This document shows positions 35,629 through 44,899 of a stretch of 64,000 nucleotides of DNA, in pieces; the first letter of the stretch is position 1, and every line of letters begins with the position of its first letter. This stretch comes from an uncultured Candidatus Saccharibacteria bacterium (GTDB lineage Bacteria; Patescibacteriota; Minisyncoccia; Phycocordibacterales; UBA2100). Location of the stretch: contig CAYYEX010000001.1 in NCBI GenBank assembly GCA_964471165.1, positions 65,037 through 129,036 on the forward strand, written 5' to 3'. The notes under the pieces are model-generated. The model worked only from the letters and a program-made list of their open reading frames with translations. It was not told the DNA's origin and did no database searches. A program made the position numbers and the translations under genes.

Positions 35629-36708
35629 TCACGAGGACACGGAGTAATCGATTTCTACCTCGCTTCCCTTGTCGCGAAAATGATTCTCGGAGAGCGTGCT
35701 GAGCGCCTTGGCGTGTCCCACAGGCAGCAGTACCGTAAAAACGGTGCCTCGTGGCACAGCGCTCTGGACCGCGATTTTCCCCTTGTGCTCCTTTACCAGC
35801 TCGGAAACTATCGTGAGGCCCAGGCCGGTTGTGCCAGAGACTCGTTTACGCGAACTATCACCGCGATAATAGGGCTCAAAAATACGTGACAAATGCTCGC
35901 GTGAAATACCAGTACCGGAATCGCGCACAGAGAGCTCCACATAGCCCGGATGCACGGGTACAACCTTGATGACAACGAGGCCGTCTTTTGGTGAGTGAGT
36001 CATCGCGTTCTTTACGATATTCATCACAATCTGTTCAAGTGCTCCCGAATTACCCCACACCAAGCTGTTCTTGGTGATATGCAAATCCACCTTGGTGGAG
36101 CGTTTTTCTTTGAGTGCTCGGAGTGTGCCGAGCGCTGCTCGAACCACATCGCCTAAATCGACGTTGCTAAACTTGGCTGCTTCTAAGCGAAATATCGATG
36201 AGAGCGAGAGGCGGTTATTTATGATGTCGGAAGTGCGTTCTAATTCGACGTCGATGCTTCGCATCATTGCAGCCTCAGCAGGAGATATATCCGAAGACAT
36301 GAGCGCTACTTCCATTGTGGTTTTAATGATTGAAAGCGGCGTACGCAGCTCATGCGCAAGATTAGATATGAACTCCTTTTGTGAACGGAGCGTTTGTTCT
36401 GCATGGCCAAGTGCGACACTCATAATCAAGTATCCAAAAATTGTGCTCACGAGGATTACCCCAACTGAAATCAAAAAAACGGTCTCATTACGCATGAGAA
36501 ATAAGAGCCCTGCGACCGTTGTAATGTAGCCGCCGAGTAAGAGCCCAATAGTGGATTCCACCCTAAAAAAGGGGTCGGAGCGGTATCTATGTGCGTAGGC
36601 GATAGCCCACACCACGAATCGTTTCCAGTATCCCCTCAGCGCCCGCGCCATCGAGTTTTCGTCGTAGATTTTTGACATGAACGTCGACGATATTACTGAA
36701 TCCAACAT
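35629..36708 (-). CDS. sensor histidine kinase (2 TM + HisKA + HATPase_c)
   Basis: H-box ISNLAHELRTPLS, N-box, G-boxes GTGLGLTIV. The ORF's 5' part overlaps the upstream response-regulator gene by up to 122 nt, so the start is uncertain (alternatives at 36678 or 36651). Confidence 0.8.
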   Translation of the reverse strand: MLDSVISSTFMSKIYDENSMARALRGYWKRFVVWAIAYAHRYRSDPFFRVESTIGLLLGGYITTVAGLLFLMRNETVFLISVGVILVSTIFGYLIMSVALGHAEQTLRSQKEFISNLAHELRTPLSIIKTTMEVALMSSDISPAEAAMMRSIDVELERTSDIINNRLSLSSIFRLEAAKFSNVDLGDVVRAALGTLRALKEKRSTKVDLHITKNSLVWGNSGALEQIVMNIVKNAMTHSPKDGLVVIKVVPVHPGYVELSVRDSGTGISREHLSRIFEPYYRGDSSRKRVSGTTGLGLTIVSELVKEHKGKIAVQSAVPRGTVFTVLLPVGHAKALSTLSENHFRDKGSEVEIDYSVSS

Positions 36709-37261
36709 AGTTGAAGTCCCATAAGTGACTGAGTAAGTCTTCTCTGTTAACGACTTTGTCCTGGTGTCGCATGAAATATTCCAGTAGTCCGAATTCTTTC
36801 AATGTAAGGAGAAGGTCACGTGTACCATACGCTACCTTGCGCGTGCCCGGGTCGAGACTCAACTTTCCCGCAGTAAGTACCTGTGGCAAAACCTCGTTTG
36901 GTCTGCGCATGAGTGCATGGATGCGCGCATTGAGCTCAGAGAACGCAAACGGCTTTACGAGGTAATCGTCTGCCCCGGAAGAAAGTAGTTGCACTTTGGT
37001 TTCTGTTTCTGAGCGTGCAGAAAGAATGAGTACTGGTACTCGTATTTCTTTTTCGCGCATTTGTTTGCAAACCTCAAGACCGTCCATGGTCGGCAACATG
37101 AGATCGAGCACAACCAAATCGTAATCGGTGCGATGCAGCGAAATTCGAGTGAGCCCCTTTGCCCCGTCATCTACAACATCGACCGTGTATCCTTGTAGCT
37201 CGAGGCCGCGTTTGATTACTTCGGAAAGTTTCTTTTCGTCTTCGATAAGGAGTATTTTCAT
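36587..37261 (-). CDS. OmpR-family response regulator (REC + winged helix)
   Basis: MKILLIEDE...DLVVLDLMLP...LILSA...DDYLVKPF receiver domain, C-terminal trans_reg_C (RLRT end). Confidence 0.85.
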   Translation of the reverse strand: MKILLIEDEKKLSEVIKRGLELQGYTVDVVDDGAKGLTRISLHRTDYDLVVLDLMLPTMDGLEVCKQMREKEIRVPVLILSARSETETKVQLLSSGADDYLVKPFAFSELNARIHALMRRPNEVLPQVLTAGKLSLDPGTRKVAYGTRDLLLTLKEFGLLEYFMRHQDKVVNREDLLSHLWDFNYVGFSNIVDVHVKNLRRKLDGAGAEGILETIRGVGYRLRT

Positions 37262-37467
37262 GCGTTTTTTGGGTTACGTTCAGTAATGTGGATGCACATT
37301 GGCGCCCTGCCCTCCCGGCGCCGACCCCAGCACTATATCGGAGAAAGGATGAAATGTTCATGAAGAAAGATGAAGGCGGGGTTTAAGCCCGGAAATGGGG
37401 CGGTTTGGGGTTATTTCGAGGAATCGAAATGTCACCGGCCCTCCGCTCGGTTTAAGGTACTATAAAA

Positions 37468-38013
37468 GTGATGCCTGCAGACGCACATAAACGAGAGGTG
37501 TCTGGCACCGAGGCCCGCGAAATGGTGCTTTCTGATATGCACCTTAAAAACCTTGTCATTCGGGGCTCTTTTGAAATGTCGGCTAGTCAAGCAGACAACT
37601 GGGAGTGGCAAAAAGAAATAGTGATTGAGAATTGTATTGTGGAGGACCTCCAGATCCCAATGTTCCATGCAGCAAAGCCCGTCGTTTTTTTGAATTCGGA
37701 TTTCAAAAAAATCGATTTGTATGCCCCGTATTTCTTATCTGGCCTACTCGTAAAGAACTGTCTTTTCGAGACTGTGGTCGATTTTCAAAGCGGTGGACAC
37801 AATAAGAATGGGACTGAATTTCGACTCGAGGGCAATGTGTTCAAAGAGTTCGTAAACTTCTTCGATGACTGGTTCGAGGGTCCAGTTGTAGTGAAGGACA
37901 ACAAATTTGAAAAAGGCACGAACTTGTTGAGCACAACACAAATGGTGACTTTCGATGTTGCTCCAGAAATCTCGGGTAATAGCGGAGAGATTAATATCGA
38001 GGGTGAAAACTGA
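37468..38013 (+). CDS. hypothetical protein (181 aa)
   Basis: ORF only. Acidic, repetitive N/F/E-rich segments. Confidence 0.4.
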   Translation: MMPADAHKREVSGTEAREMVLSDMHLKNLVIRGSFEMSASQADNWEWQKEIVIENCIVEDLQIPMFHAAKPVVFLNSDFKKIDLYAPYFLSGLLVKNCLFETVVDFQSGGHNKNGTEFRLEGNVFKEFVNFFDDWFEGPVVVKDNKFEKGTNLLSTTQMVTFDVAPEISGNSGEINIEGEN

Positions 38014-38057
38014 AAAACTCCCCGCATGGCGCATCTTTCATTAGGGTGCGGGCGATG

Positions 38058-38073
38058 TAGGAAACTCTCTAGC
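38058..38073 (-). repeat. 16-nt exact copy of tRNA-Trp 3' end (gcgggcgatgtaggaa), ~150 nt downstream of the tRNA
   Basis: Identical to 38221-38236. An inverted degenerate copy (tcgattcctaca...atcgccca) lies at 38153-38195. Confidence 0.8.
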
Positions 38074-38218
38074 CTCTCAGTTCGCCGTCGCTCACTTCGG
38101 GCTGGGCACCGCCTCGCACCCGCGCGTGCTCGCGCGGGACCCGCTCCGGCGCTCGATTCCTACACGCACAGCGCCCCACGCTATGCTATCGCCCACCGTT
38201 TTCACTATGTTCAAACTT

Positions 38219-38292
38219 TTGCGGGCGATGTAGGAATCGAACCTACACTAGCGGTTTTGGAGACCGCTGTTCTACCACTAAACTAATCGCCC
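38219..38292 (-). tRNA. tRNA-Trp (anticodon CCA), CCA encoded
   Basis: Reverse complement GGGCGATTAGTTTAGTGGTAGAACAGCGGTCTCCAAAACCGCTAGTGTAGGTTCGATTCCTACATCGCCCGCCA. Anticodon loop CTCCAAA. Confidence 0.85.
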
Positions 38293-38375
38293 TTTATTTA
38301 CTGCTGTCCGGCCAAGTATATGTGTCCGAGGCCAATTTAGAAAGAGCCCGGTTTCCCGGACTCTTTCGTTTTTTG

Positions 38376-38531
38376 TTATTTCTTAGCTTCCTTGAAAATC
38401 ACGTGCTTTCGGAGCTTTGCGCTGTATTTCTTCAGCTCGACTTTCCGGGTCACGAGCTTGCGGTTTTTGCGCGTCCAATACACCTCTCCGGTGGCTGCGT
38501 GCTTGAGCATTATGAGCTGGTCCTGTGACAT
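38376..38531 (-). CDS. rpmG: 50S ribosomal protein L33 (51 aa, non-zinc form)
   Basis: Not in the >=60-aa ORF track. Manual translation gives MSQDQLIMLKHAATGEVYWTRKNRKLVTRKVELKKYSAKLRKHVIFKEAKK, matching the L33 YxTxKNKRN...LELKKYxxxxRKHxxxKExK pattern. Sits upstream of tRNA-Trp, as in the conserved rpmG-trnW-secE-nusG locus. Confidence 0.7.
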   Translation of the reverse strand: MSQDQLIMLKHAATGEVYWTRKNRKLVTRKVELKKYSAKLRKHVIFKEAKK

Positions 38532-38635
38532 GTCCGCGAACTATACCGAAACGCCGCCAAAAATCAACATCTGGGGCCCTCAGCAAAAAAGACGAAGACC
38601 CGGTCAGATGACCGGGTCCCCTACAGCACGACTGG

Positions 38636-39142
38636 CTACCCCAAGGTAAACCAGAAATACAGCGTCAATTCACTGCTAAGAACAATGGTGGCGGCTTCGC
38701 CATCCTTAACCGGCCATGTCTGGCCGGTCTTGATTCGGTACTCCCAGACGCCCGCTTTTCGCAAACTGCCCAACGGAGCAATGTAGTGCGGGTCGCCAAG
38801 AGCTTGGAAAGTCGGGTCCCCGTGGGTCAGGATGTCGACCACGATGTGCCCCACCCAGCCCACGCCAAAAGCCGTAATGAGCGGCTGGTGAAGCCACAGG
38901 CCCAAGGCCACGCTCGCAATCGCAAGGATGAGTGAATGACTCATTTCCTTAATCGCGAGCAGGAACGGGCCCTGCTCGAGGAGCGGCTGTTTGCCCCTCA
39001 TTTTGTCGAGAAAAAACTGCGGGGCCATCACCACATCGGGCCCCACCGAGGAAACCAGACACGCGAGCTGCGCGAGCGGCTGCCCCGGAAACATGATTGC
39101 GCCGAGTAGTGCGCCGATTGGAGCGTGTGTGACTGTCTGCAC
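38636..39142 (-). CDS. membrane-bound metal-dependent hydrolase-like protein (DUF457/YdjM-like)
   Basis: His-rich TM protein (HAPIGALLG..., GWVGHIVVDILTHGD) resembling LexA-regulated inner-membrane hydrolase-like family. Confidence 0.45.
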   Translation of the reverse strand: MQTVTHAPIGALLGAIMFPGQPLAQLACLVSSVGPDVVMAPQFFLDKMRGKQPLLEQGPFLLAIKEMSHSLILAIASVALGLWLHQPLITAFGVGWVGHIVVDILTHGDPTFQALGDPHYIAPLGSLRKAGVWEYRIKTGQTWPVKDGEAATIVLSSELTLYFWFTLG

Positions 39143-39224
39143 AGCTGTGTCCTCTCATCCAAAACCAACTGACGGCACAATGCCACTCAGTAGAATGAGG
39201 GTCAACTACTCTGTTTTATTCTTG

Positions 39225-39668
39225 CTACGCAGTGAGATTTGAAAGTGGTTGCACGTATGCGGCTCGGCCGCTGCAGATACCGTTGTTGGTGAGCCCGTTA
39301 CCCGTGAATGTTTTCATAAGTGTGTCGACAACTATCCAACCCGCAAGAATGATGATGAGGCCGATGAGCACATTGCCGAATACCCGCTTCCCTTTTTGGT
39401 ATATTTCCGAGTTTCCGCCGGCTGTGAGCATGTTCCACCCGGCGTATGCAAACAAAAATGCCGAGAGTACGACTGCGAGGAAGATGCCGAAGTTGAGCAC
39501 ATTCTGTGCGAGCGTGACGATGTCGCAGATAGACTGACACCCGCCGGGCTGATTACAGGTTTCGGGAACAATTTGTTTTGGAATGCCTTGTGCACTCACC
39601 AAAACCGGGAGCATGAGGAGCACAAACACGACGATTGCACTAGCAAATCTCGTCTGTCTGAATGTCAT
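39225..39668 (-). CDS. TrbC/VirB2-like (T4SS_pilin-type) small secreted membrane protein, solitary paralog
   Basis: Signal peptide, Cys-rich segment, then KRVFGNVLIGLIIILAGWIVVDTLMKTF. This matches the C-terminal motif shared by the 53.4-55.3 kb cluster. Confidence 0.5.
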   Translation of the reverse strand: MTFRQTRFASAIVVFVLLMLPVLVSAQGIPKQIVPETCNQPGGCQSICDIVTLAQNVLNFGIFLAVVLSAFLFAYAGWNMLTAGGNSEIYQKGKRVFGNVLIGLIIILAGWIVVDTLMKTFTGNGLTNNGICSGRAAYVQPLSNLTA

Positions 39669-39695
39669 AGGGGGATTTTACCATGCACAAAACAC

Positions 39696-39722
39696 AAAAC
39701 CTGCCGTGAGGCAGGTTTTGTG
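39696..39722. terminator. bidirectional Rho-independent terminator (downstream of tRNA-Tyr on the minus strand)
   Basis: AAAACCTGCC-gtga-GGCAGGTTTTGTG. Confidence 0.65.
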
Positions 39723-39729
39723 TTGCTTG

Positions 39730-39812
39730 TGCGTCGAGCAGGATTCGAACCTGCGCAGACCGAAGTCGCTTGGTTTACAGCCAAGTGCGATTGACCGCTC
39801 CGCCATCGACGC
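39730..39812 (-). tRNA. tRNA-Tyr (anticodon GUA), type II
   Basis: Reverse complement GCGTCGATGGCGGAGCGGTCAATCGCACTTGGCTGTAAACCAAGCGACTTCGGTCTGCGCAGGTTCGAATCCTGCTCGACGCA. Anticodon loop CTGTAAA, long variable arm. Confidence 0.85.
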
Positions 39813-39853
39813 GTGGGGCCATTATGCACCAACGTCCAATTCTCGGCTAGGGT

Positions 39854-42541
39854 TTAAGCCCTAGCAGCTGCGCGAGAGGAGGTGCGGGTGGCACGTTCTG
39901 GTCCTTTGCGTACGTCAAACGTAAACTCTCCGTCTTTCACATCCACCATCACCTTGCCGCCATCCATCACGTTGCGGGCAACCATCATGTTGGCAACTGC
40001 AGTGAGAATCTTTGTTTGAATGAGGCGCTTGAGTGGGCGAGCACCGTACTGGGAGCTGTAGCCTTCCTTGCCCAAGTAGTCGAGCGCTGCTTCGGTAACA
40101 GAAAGCGCGATGTGCTTTTCCTCGAGGCGCTTTGCCACAATTTCCACCTGCATGCGCACGATGTCGCGAATTGATTCAGGCGAGAGAATGTTGAACAACA
40201 CAATGTCGTCGAGTCGGTTGAGGAATTCTGGGCGGAAATATTCTTTGAGTGAGTCGGTAACTTTCTCCTTTACCTTTTCGTACTTGTCGCCTTCGGACAC
40301 ATTGAGGCCACTACCGAATCCGAGTGACGACATTTTGTCGATGTGCTCTGCCCCAATGTTGGATGTCATGATTACCACGGTGTTCTTGAAGTTCACCACA
40401 CGCCCCTTGGCGTCGGTGAGACGGCCGTTGTCGAGCACCTGGAGCAAGATGTTGAACACCTCTGGATGTGCCTTTTCAATTTCGTCGAACAGAATCACCG
40501 AGTACGGTCGATGACGCACCATTTCGGTGAGTCCTCCCCCTTCGTCGTGCCCCACATAGCCCGGTGGAGAGCCAATCATTTTGGATACTGAGTGTTTCTC
40601 CATGTATTCCGACATGTCGACGCGAATGAGTGATTTATCACTGTTGAAGAGAAAGTCTGCCAGCGCGCGTGTGAGTTCTGTTTTACCCACGCCTGTTGGT
40701 CCCAGGAACAGGAACGAGCCCACAGGTCGGTGCGGGTCGGAAATGCCTGCACGAGAACGCTTGATGGCATCGGAAACCTTCTGCACGGCCTCGTCTTGGC
40801 CCACGATGCGCTTTTTGAGCTCACTCTCGATGCGCGAAAGCTTCTCTGCCTCCTCTTCAATCATTCGAGAAACTGGCACGCCGGTCCATCGGGAAACAAC
40901 TGCAGCAATATCTTCGCCGGTAATGTCTTCTCGCAGGACACGACGTGTCTGCTGGAGCTTCTTGAGACGCTTGGTGGCAGTCTCAATTTCCTTTTCGAGG
41001 TGCGGAATTTTTCCATAACGGAGTTCCGCGGTTTTGGTGAGGTCGGCTGCAATTTCGGCGCTATCGGCATCTTGTCGGGCTTTTTCAAGCTCGCTCTTTG
41101 CGCGTTTTATTTCGGTGAGTGTGTCTTTTTCGTTTTTCCACTTTGTTTCCAGCTCGCGGGTAGAGTCTCGCAAATCTGCAATTTCTTTCTCAATAATTTT
41201 CACACGTGTACGGGCCTTGCCCTCGCCTTCTTCGGACTCTTTCTTGAGGGCTTCTTTTTCAATTTCCAAACGTGTCACCTTGCGATGTGATTCTTCGAGT
41301 GCTGGTGGCATGTTCTCGAGCGAGAGTCGAAGCGCAGAAGCTGCTTCGTCGATGAGGTCGATTGCTTTGTCCGGCAGAAATCGCTCAGTAATGTAACGCG
41401 ATGAAAGCTGTACTGCAGCGAGAATAGAGTCGTCGGTAATGTGGACGCCGTGGAACGTTTCGTAGCGCTCCTTGAGGCCGCGCAAAATTGCAACCGTGTC
41501 GTCGAGCGACGGCTCATTAATGTATACGGGTTGGAATCGTCGCGTGAGCGCAGGGTCGTGCTCGATGTGCTTCTGGTACTCCTTGAGGGTTGTAGCCCCG
41601 ATAACACGCAATTCTCCGCGCGAAAGTGCAGGCTTGAGCATGTTCGAGGCGTCCATTGAACCTTCGGCAGCACCTGCGCCGACGATTGTGTGCATTTCGT
41701 CGATAAACAAAATGATTTTGCCCTCGGAGCGCTCGACTTCTTTCATAACCGCCTTGAGGCGCTCTTCGAACTCGCCGCGATACTTGGTGCCCGCAATCAA
41801 AAGCCCAAGGTCGAGCTGCACGAGCTCCTTTCCACGCAAACTCTCCGGCACGTCGCCGGATGCCATGCGCGAGGCCAAGCCTTCTGCAACCGCAGTTTTG
41901 CCCACGCCGGCCTCGCCGATGAGCACTGGATTGTTTTTTGTGCGGCGCGAAAGAATTTGGATAACACGCGTGATTTCCATATCGCGACCAATGACTGGGT
42001 CGATTTTGTTTTCACGCGCCTTGTCCGTGAGTGAGCGGGCAAACTTTGTAAGCGCGCGTGTTTTTTTGGTGTCATCGACATCGCCTCGAATTTTGCCTTC
42101 CTTGATATCAGTAAGCACACGAGCGAGCGCGGTGCGATCGACGCGGAATCGAGAGAGTGTTTCCGATGCAGGGCCTGGGTGTTCTGCAATACCGAGCAAG
42201 AGGTGCTCTGGAGAAACGAACTGGTCGTTGAACGATGCGGCAATTCGTGGGGCAGCTTCGAACACACGGACCAATTCTGGCGTGAGGTAAAGCTGGAATG
42301 AGGGCGAAACGGCTGTAGAGCCTGCGGTGCCTTCGATGAGCTCGAGGACTGAGTCTGTGAGGTGTGCCACGTCTATCTCGACTTGTTCGAGCATAGGCAC
42401 CACCATAGTTTCCTCCTGTGTGAGAAGTGCGGCAAAAAGGTGCAGGGTTGAAACCTGGTTGTGACCGCGCTCCACCGCGAGCTGATGCGCCCGGTGAATC
42501 GCTTCTTTTGCCTTGGTTGTGTAGTTATTGAATGGTGTCAT
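39854..42541 (-). CDS. clpB: ATP-dependent chaperone ClpB
   Basis: Clp N domain, two AAA+ modules ([19 protein letters not shown]) separated by a long coiled-coil M domain. 895 aa. Confidence 0.9.
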   Translation of the reverse strand: MTPFNNYTTKAKEAIHRAHQLAVERGHNQVSTLHLFAALLTQEETMVVPMLEQVEIDVAHLTDSVLELIEGTAGSTAVSPSFQLYLTPELVRVFEAAPRIAASFNDQFVSPEHLLLGIAEHPGPASETLSRFRVDRTALARVLTDIKEGKIRGDVDDTKKTRALTKFARSLTDKARENKIDPVIGRDMEITRVIQILSRRTKNNPVLIGEAGVGKTAVAEGLASRMASGDVPESLRGKELVQLDLGLLIAGTKYRGEFEERLKAVMKEVERSEGKIILFIDEMHTIVGAGAAEGSMDASNMLKPALSRGELRVIGATTLKEYQKHIEHDPALTRRFQPVYINEPSLDDTVAILRGLKERYETFHGVHITDDSILAAVQLSSRYITERFLPDKAIDLIDEAASALRLSLENMPPALEESHRKVTRLEIEKEALKKESEEGEGKARTRVKIIEKEIADLRDSTRELETKWKNEKDTLTEIKRAKSELEKARQDADSAEIAADLTKTAELRYGKIPHLEKEIETATKRLKKLQQTRRVLREDITGEDIAAVVSRWTGVPVSRMIEEEAEKLSRIESELKKRIVGQDEAVQKVSDAIKRSRAGISDPHRPVGSFLFLGPTGVGKTELTRALADFLFNSDKSLIRVDMSEYMEKHSVSKMIGSPPGYVGHDEGGGLTEMVRHRPYSVILFDEIEKAHPEVFNILLQVLDNGRLTDAKGRVVNFKNTVVIMTSNIGAEHIDKMSSLGFGSGLNVSEGDKYEKVKEKVTDSLKEYFRPEFLNRLDDIVLFNILSPESIRDIVRMQVEIVAKRLEEKHIALSVTEAALDYLGKEGYSSQYGARPLKRLIQTKILTAVANMMVARNVMDGGKVMVDVKDGEFTFDVRKGPERATRTSSRAAARA

Positions 42542-42658
42542 AGCTATGAGAAGTATATAGAAATGGAATGCATTTCACAAATCTAATAATCGCTATCTTC
42601 ATTTTGTACACATAAATTTGTGCACGCACAACTCGGATTGCCGAGATTGAGATACGAT

Positions 42659-42685
42659 ACCATACTTTACAAAGTAAAGTATGGT
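42659..42685. promoter_or_regulatory. perfect 12-bp-arm palindrome ACCATACTTTAC-aaa-GTAAAGTATGGT in the clpB upstream region; candidate operator
   Basis: Direct reading. Located ~120 nt upstream of the clpB start codon and not followed by a U-tract on either strand. Does not match CIRCE, HAIR or CtsR consensus. Confidence 0.4.
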
Positions 42686-42699
42686 TACTACCGATATTT

Positions 42700-43527
42700 C
42701 TATTGTGTTGCCTTTTTCGAAGGCAGCAGTTGTGCCGCTGCAATGAACCCCTGCCCAGATGACGCACGTGACACGGCCGTGCTTACACCAACCAAGTTCC
42801 CGCTCGTGTCTACCAGTGGCGAGCCCTGCATAATCGAGCTGTCAGAAACATTTGTATCAATAACTGTTCCGCCATCCCCCTGTAAGAGCGAAGTCACGAG
42901 CCCGCTTGCAATGCGTGCCACCGTTTTGCCGGAGAGCGCTACGATTGCGGCACCAAGCACTGGCTTATCCGTTGCGATTGCAACCGGCTTCCAAACGACT
43001 GGCTTTGGAGCATCCGCTACCGTTGTGGTGCTTGCTTTCAAGTATGCAATGCCGTGCTCGGTATCGCGGCGAGTTACAAATGCGCGCACTCGCGTACCAT
43101 CAAAGAGTGCGAGCGTTGCTTCGGGTCGTTCATCAAGGGCGCTGTTATCGGTCAAAATGGTGCCACCAGCATCCATAACGATTCCGAGTCCCAAGAACAC
43201 CGGTTCCGCGTTGTTCGAGTAGAGACGAACGATGGAGGGACTCACTCCCTCAACAGCTTTCGCAATTTGTTCGGATTCGGAAACGACGACCGTTTTTTCT
43301 TTTGTAATCACTGTTGCTGCGGCTGCCGTAACTGCAGGCGGGCCTGCTGGCGCAGCTGTGACTGTTTCAACAGTTTTTTCGATTACGCGATTTACCGTTG
43401 CAGCCACAATCGGTGGCGCCTGGTCCATCAATGAAACAGTAACGATGCCTGTTGCAATGGAGCTTACAAACGAAACAAGCAGAGCCAGGAGAACAATCTG
43501 TGAGCGAGAGAGGTGTTCAACGTCCAT
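42700..43527 (-). CDS. trypsin-like (S1C/HtrA-like, no PDZ) serine peptidase domain protein with N-terminal TM
   Basis: TM anchor, Ala/Pro/Thr linker, GSPLVDTSGNLVGV resembling the GDSGGPL oxyanion/Ser motif. The His and Asp regions are less clear. Confidence 0.5.
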   Translation of the reverse strand: MDVEHLSRSQIVLLALLVSFVSSIATGIVTVSLMDQAPPIVAATVNRVIEKTVETVTAAPAGPPAVTAAAATVITKEKTVVVSESEQIAKAVEGVSPSIVRLYSNNAEPVFLGLGIVMDAGGTILTDNSALDERPEATLALFDGTRVRAFVTRRDTEHGIAYLKASTTTVADAPKPVVWKPVAIATDKPVLGAAIVALSGKTVARIASGLVTSLLQGDGGTVIDTNVSDSSIMQGSPLVDTSGNLVGVSTAVSRASSGQGFIAAAQLLPSKKATQ

Positions 43528-43577
43528 GCGGGCATCGTATCACGCTCTTCTGCAGAGAAAAGAGTTCAAAAATCGGT

Positions 43578-44819
43578 TTATGTTCGGGCAACGATTGTGG
43601 CGAGTGATTTGGCAATTGTGGCAACATCGGATTCGTTGGTATCGCTACCGAGCGAAAAACGGAGCGTGTTTTTAGAGCGCCACCCTTCGACTTCTCTCAA
43701 GGCTGGCGGTATGAGAGCTTCCACAACATGTGAGCGACTTTCTTCCCCTTCGCGACAGGCGCTCTTGGTGGAAACCGCGATTCCGTCTTGGTCGAGCGAA
43801 AGTGTTATGTACTCGCTGCTGATTCCTGGAATGGAAACATTGAGCATGTGCGGTAGCACGCGCTTGCGGTCGCCGTTTATGATGAGTCCCGGAATAGATT
43901 CGAGCAGCGCATCAGCAAGCGCGTCTCGAACACCGCTCACGCGCATAGCTTCTGCCTCCCTTCCTGCAGCAATCGTTTCAAAGGCCGCAGCAAAGCCGAG
44001 CGCGAGTGCCACATTCTCGGTGCCCGGACGCAATCCGCGTTCTTGCGGGCCACCCTGCAGCGTGCGCGTGAGTTCTGCACGATTACTCACAAACAAACAC
44101 CCAACACCGTGCGGGCCGTACAATTTGTTTGCACCAATGGAGCACAGATCGACTCCGAGACTATTTATTCCGGTTGCAAGATAGAGTGGCGCCTGCCCCG
44201 CATCGGCGTGTAAGAGAATGGTAACGCTGTGCTCTTTTTCGTATGCGTGAATCGCGCGAAAAATATCGGAAAGCGGTTGGATGGTACCAATTTCGTTGTT
44301 CGCCCAGCCGACTGATACAAGCACGGTGTGTTTTGTGAGTGCAGCTGCAACTGTTTCCGGAGAAATTATTCCCCGCTCGTCCGGATCTATATGAGTCACC
44401 GTGCCACCAAGTCGTTCGATTTCGCCGAAACAATCGAGCACCGACGTGTGTTCTATTGAACTCACCACCCAATGCGTGCCTGCGAGCGAGCGCTTTGCGC
44501 GCTCATGTGCGCGTGCCGTACCAAGAATAGCAATGTTGTTTGATTCGGTGAGCCCAGCCGTAAAAATGATTTCACGCGACTTTACGCCAAGGAGATGTGC
44601 GACTTTTTCTCTCGCTGTATCGAGTCCACGCTTGGCTTCTACGCCCTCGCTATGAATTGCCCCGGGATTCCCGGTGAAGGCGCGCGCGGCATATACCGCG
44701 TCCTCTGCCTCCTTTAATACAGGCGGGGCACTCGCGTAATCGAGGTAGATTCGTTTCTTTCCAAACCCAAGCATTCTCGCCATTGTACGGAGATGCCAAT
44801 CTTTTACAAATGCCCACAT
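43578..44819 (-). CDS. cysteine desulfurase (class V aminotransferase, IscS/NifS-like)
   Basis: PLP-lysine region SIGANKLYGPHGVGCL, SxxK active-site Cys loop SACREGE, about 410 aa fold. Confidence 0.85.
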   Translation of the reverse strand: MWAFVKDWHLRTMARMLGFGKKRIYLDYASAPPVLKEAEDAVYAARAFTGNPGAIHSEGVEAKRGLDTAREKVAHLLGVKSREIIFTAGLTESNNIAILGTARAHERAKRSLAGTHWVVSSIEHTSVLDCFGEIERLGGTVTHIDPDERGIISPETVAAALTKHTVLVSVGWANNEIGTIQPLSDIFRAIHAYEKEHSVTILLHADAGQAPLYLATGINSLGVDLCSIGANKLYGPHGVGCLFVSNRAELTRTLQGGPQERGLRPGTENVALALGFAAAFETIAAGREAEAMRVSGVRDALADALLESIPGLIINGDRKRVLPHMLNVSIPGISSEYITLSLDQDGIAVSTKSACREGEESRSHVVEALIPPALREVEGWRSKNTLRFSLGSDTNESDVATIAKSLATIVART

Positions 44820-44899
44820 TTATCATATAATCCTGCGCATCGCATTTGCACGAGCCGCGGGGCTCGCAAATACCATGAATTTCCACAAACACACAACCT

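Noticed and set aside
38026-38649. ORFs 38026..38286 +, 38322..38528 +, 38383..38586 -, 38392..38649 +
   Set aside because: They overlap tRNA-Trp and the rpmG gene. The true coding frame here is the 51-aa L33 gene found by manual translation.
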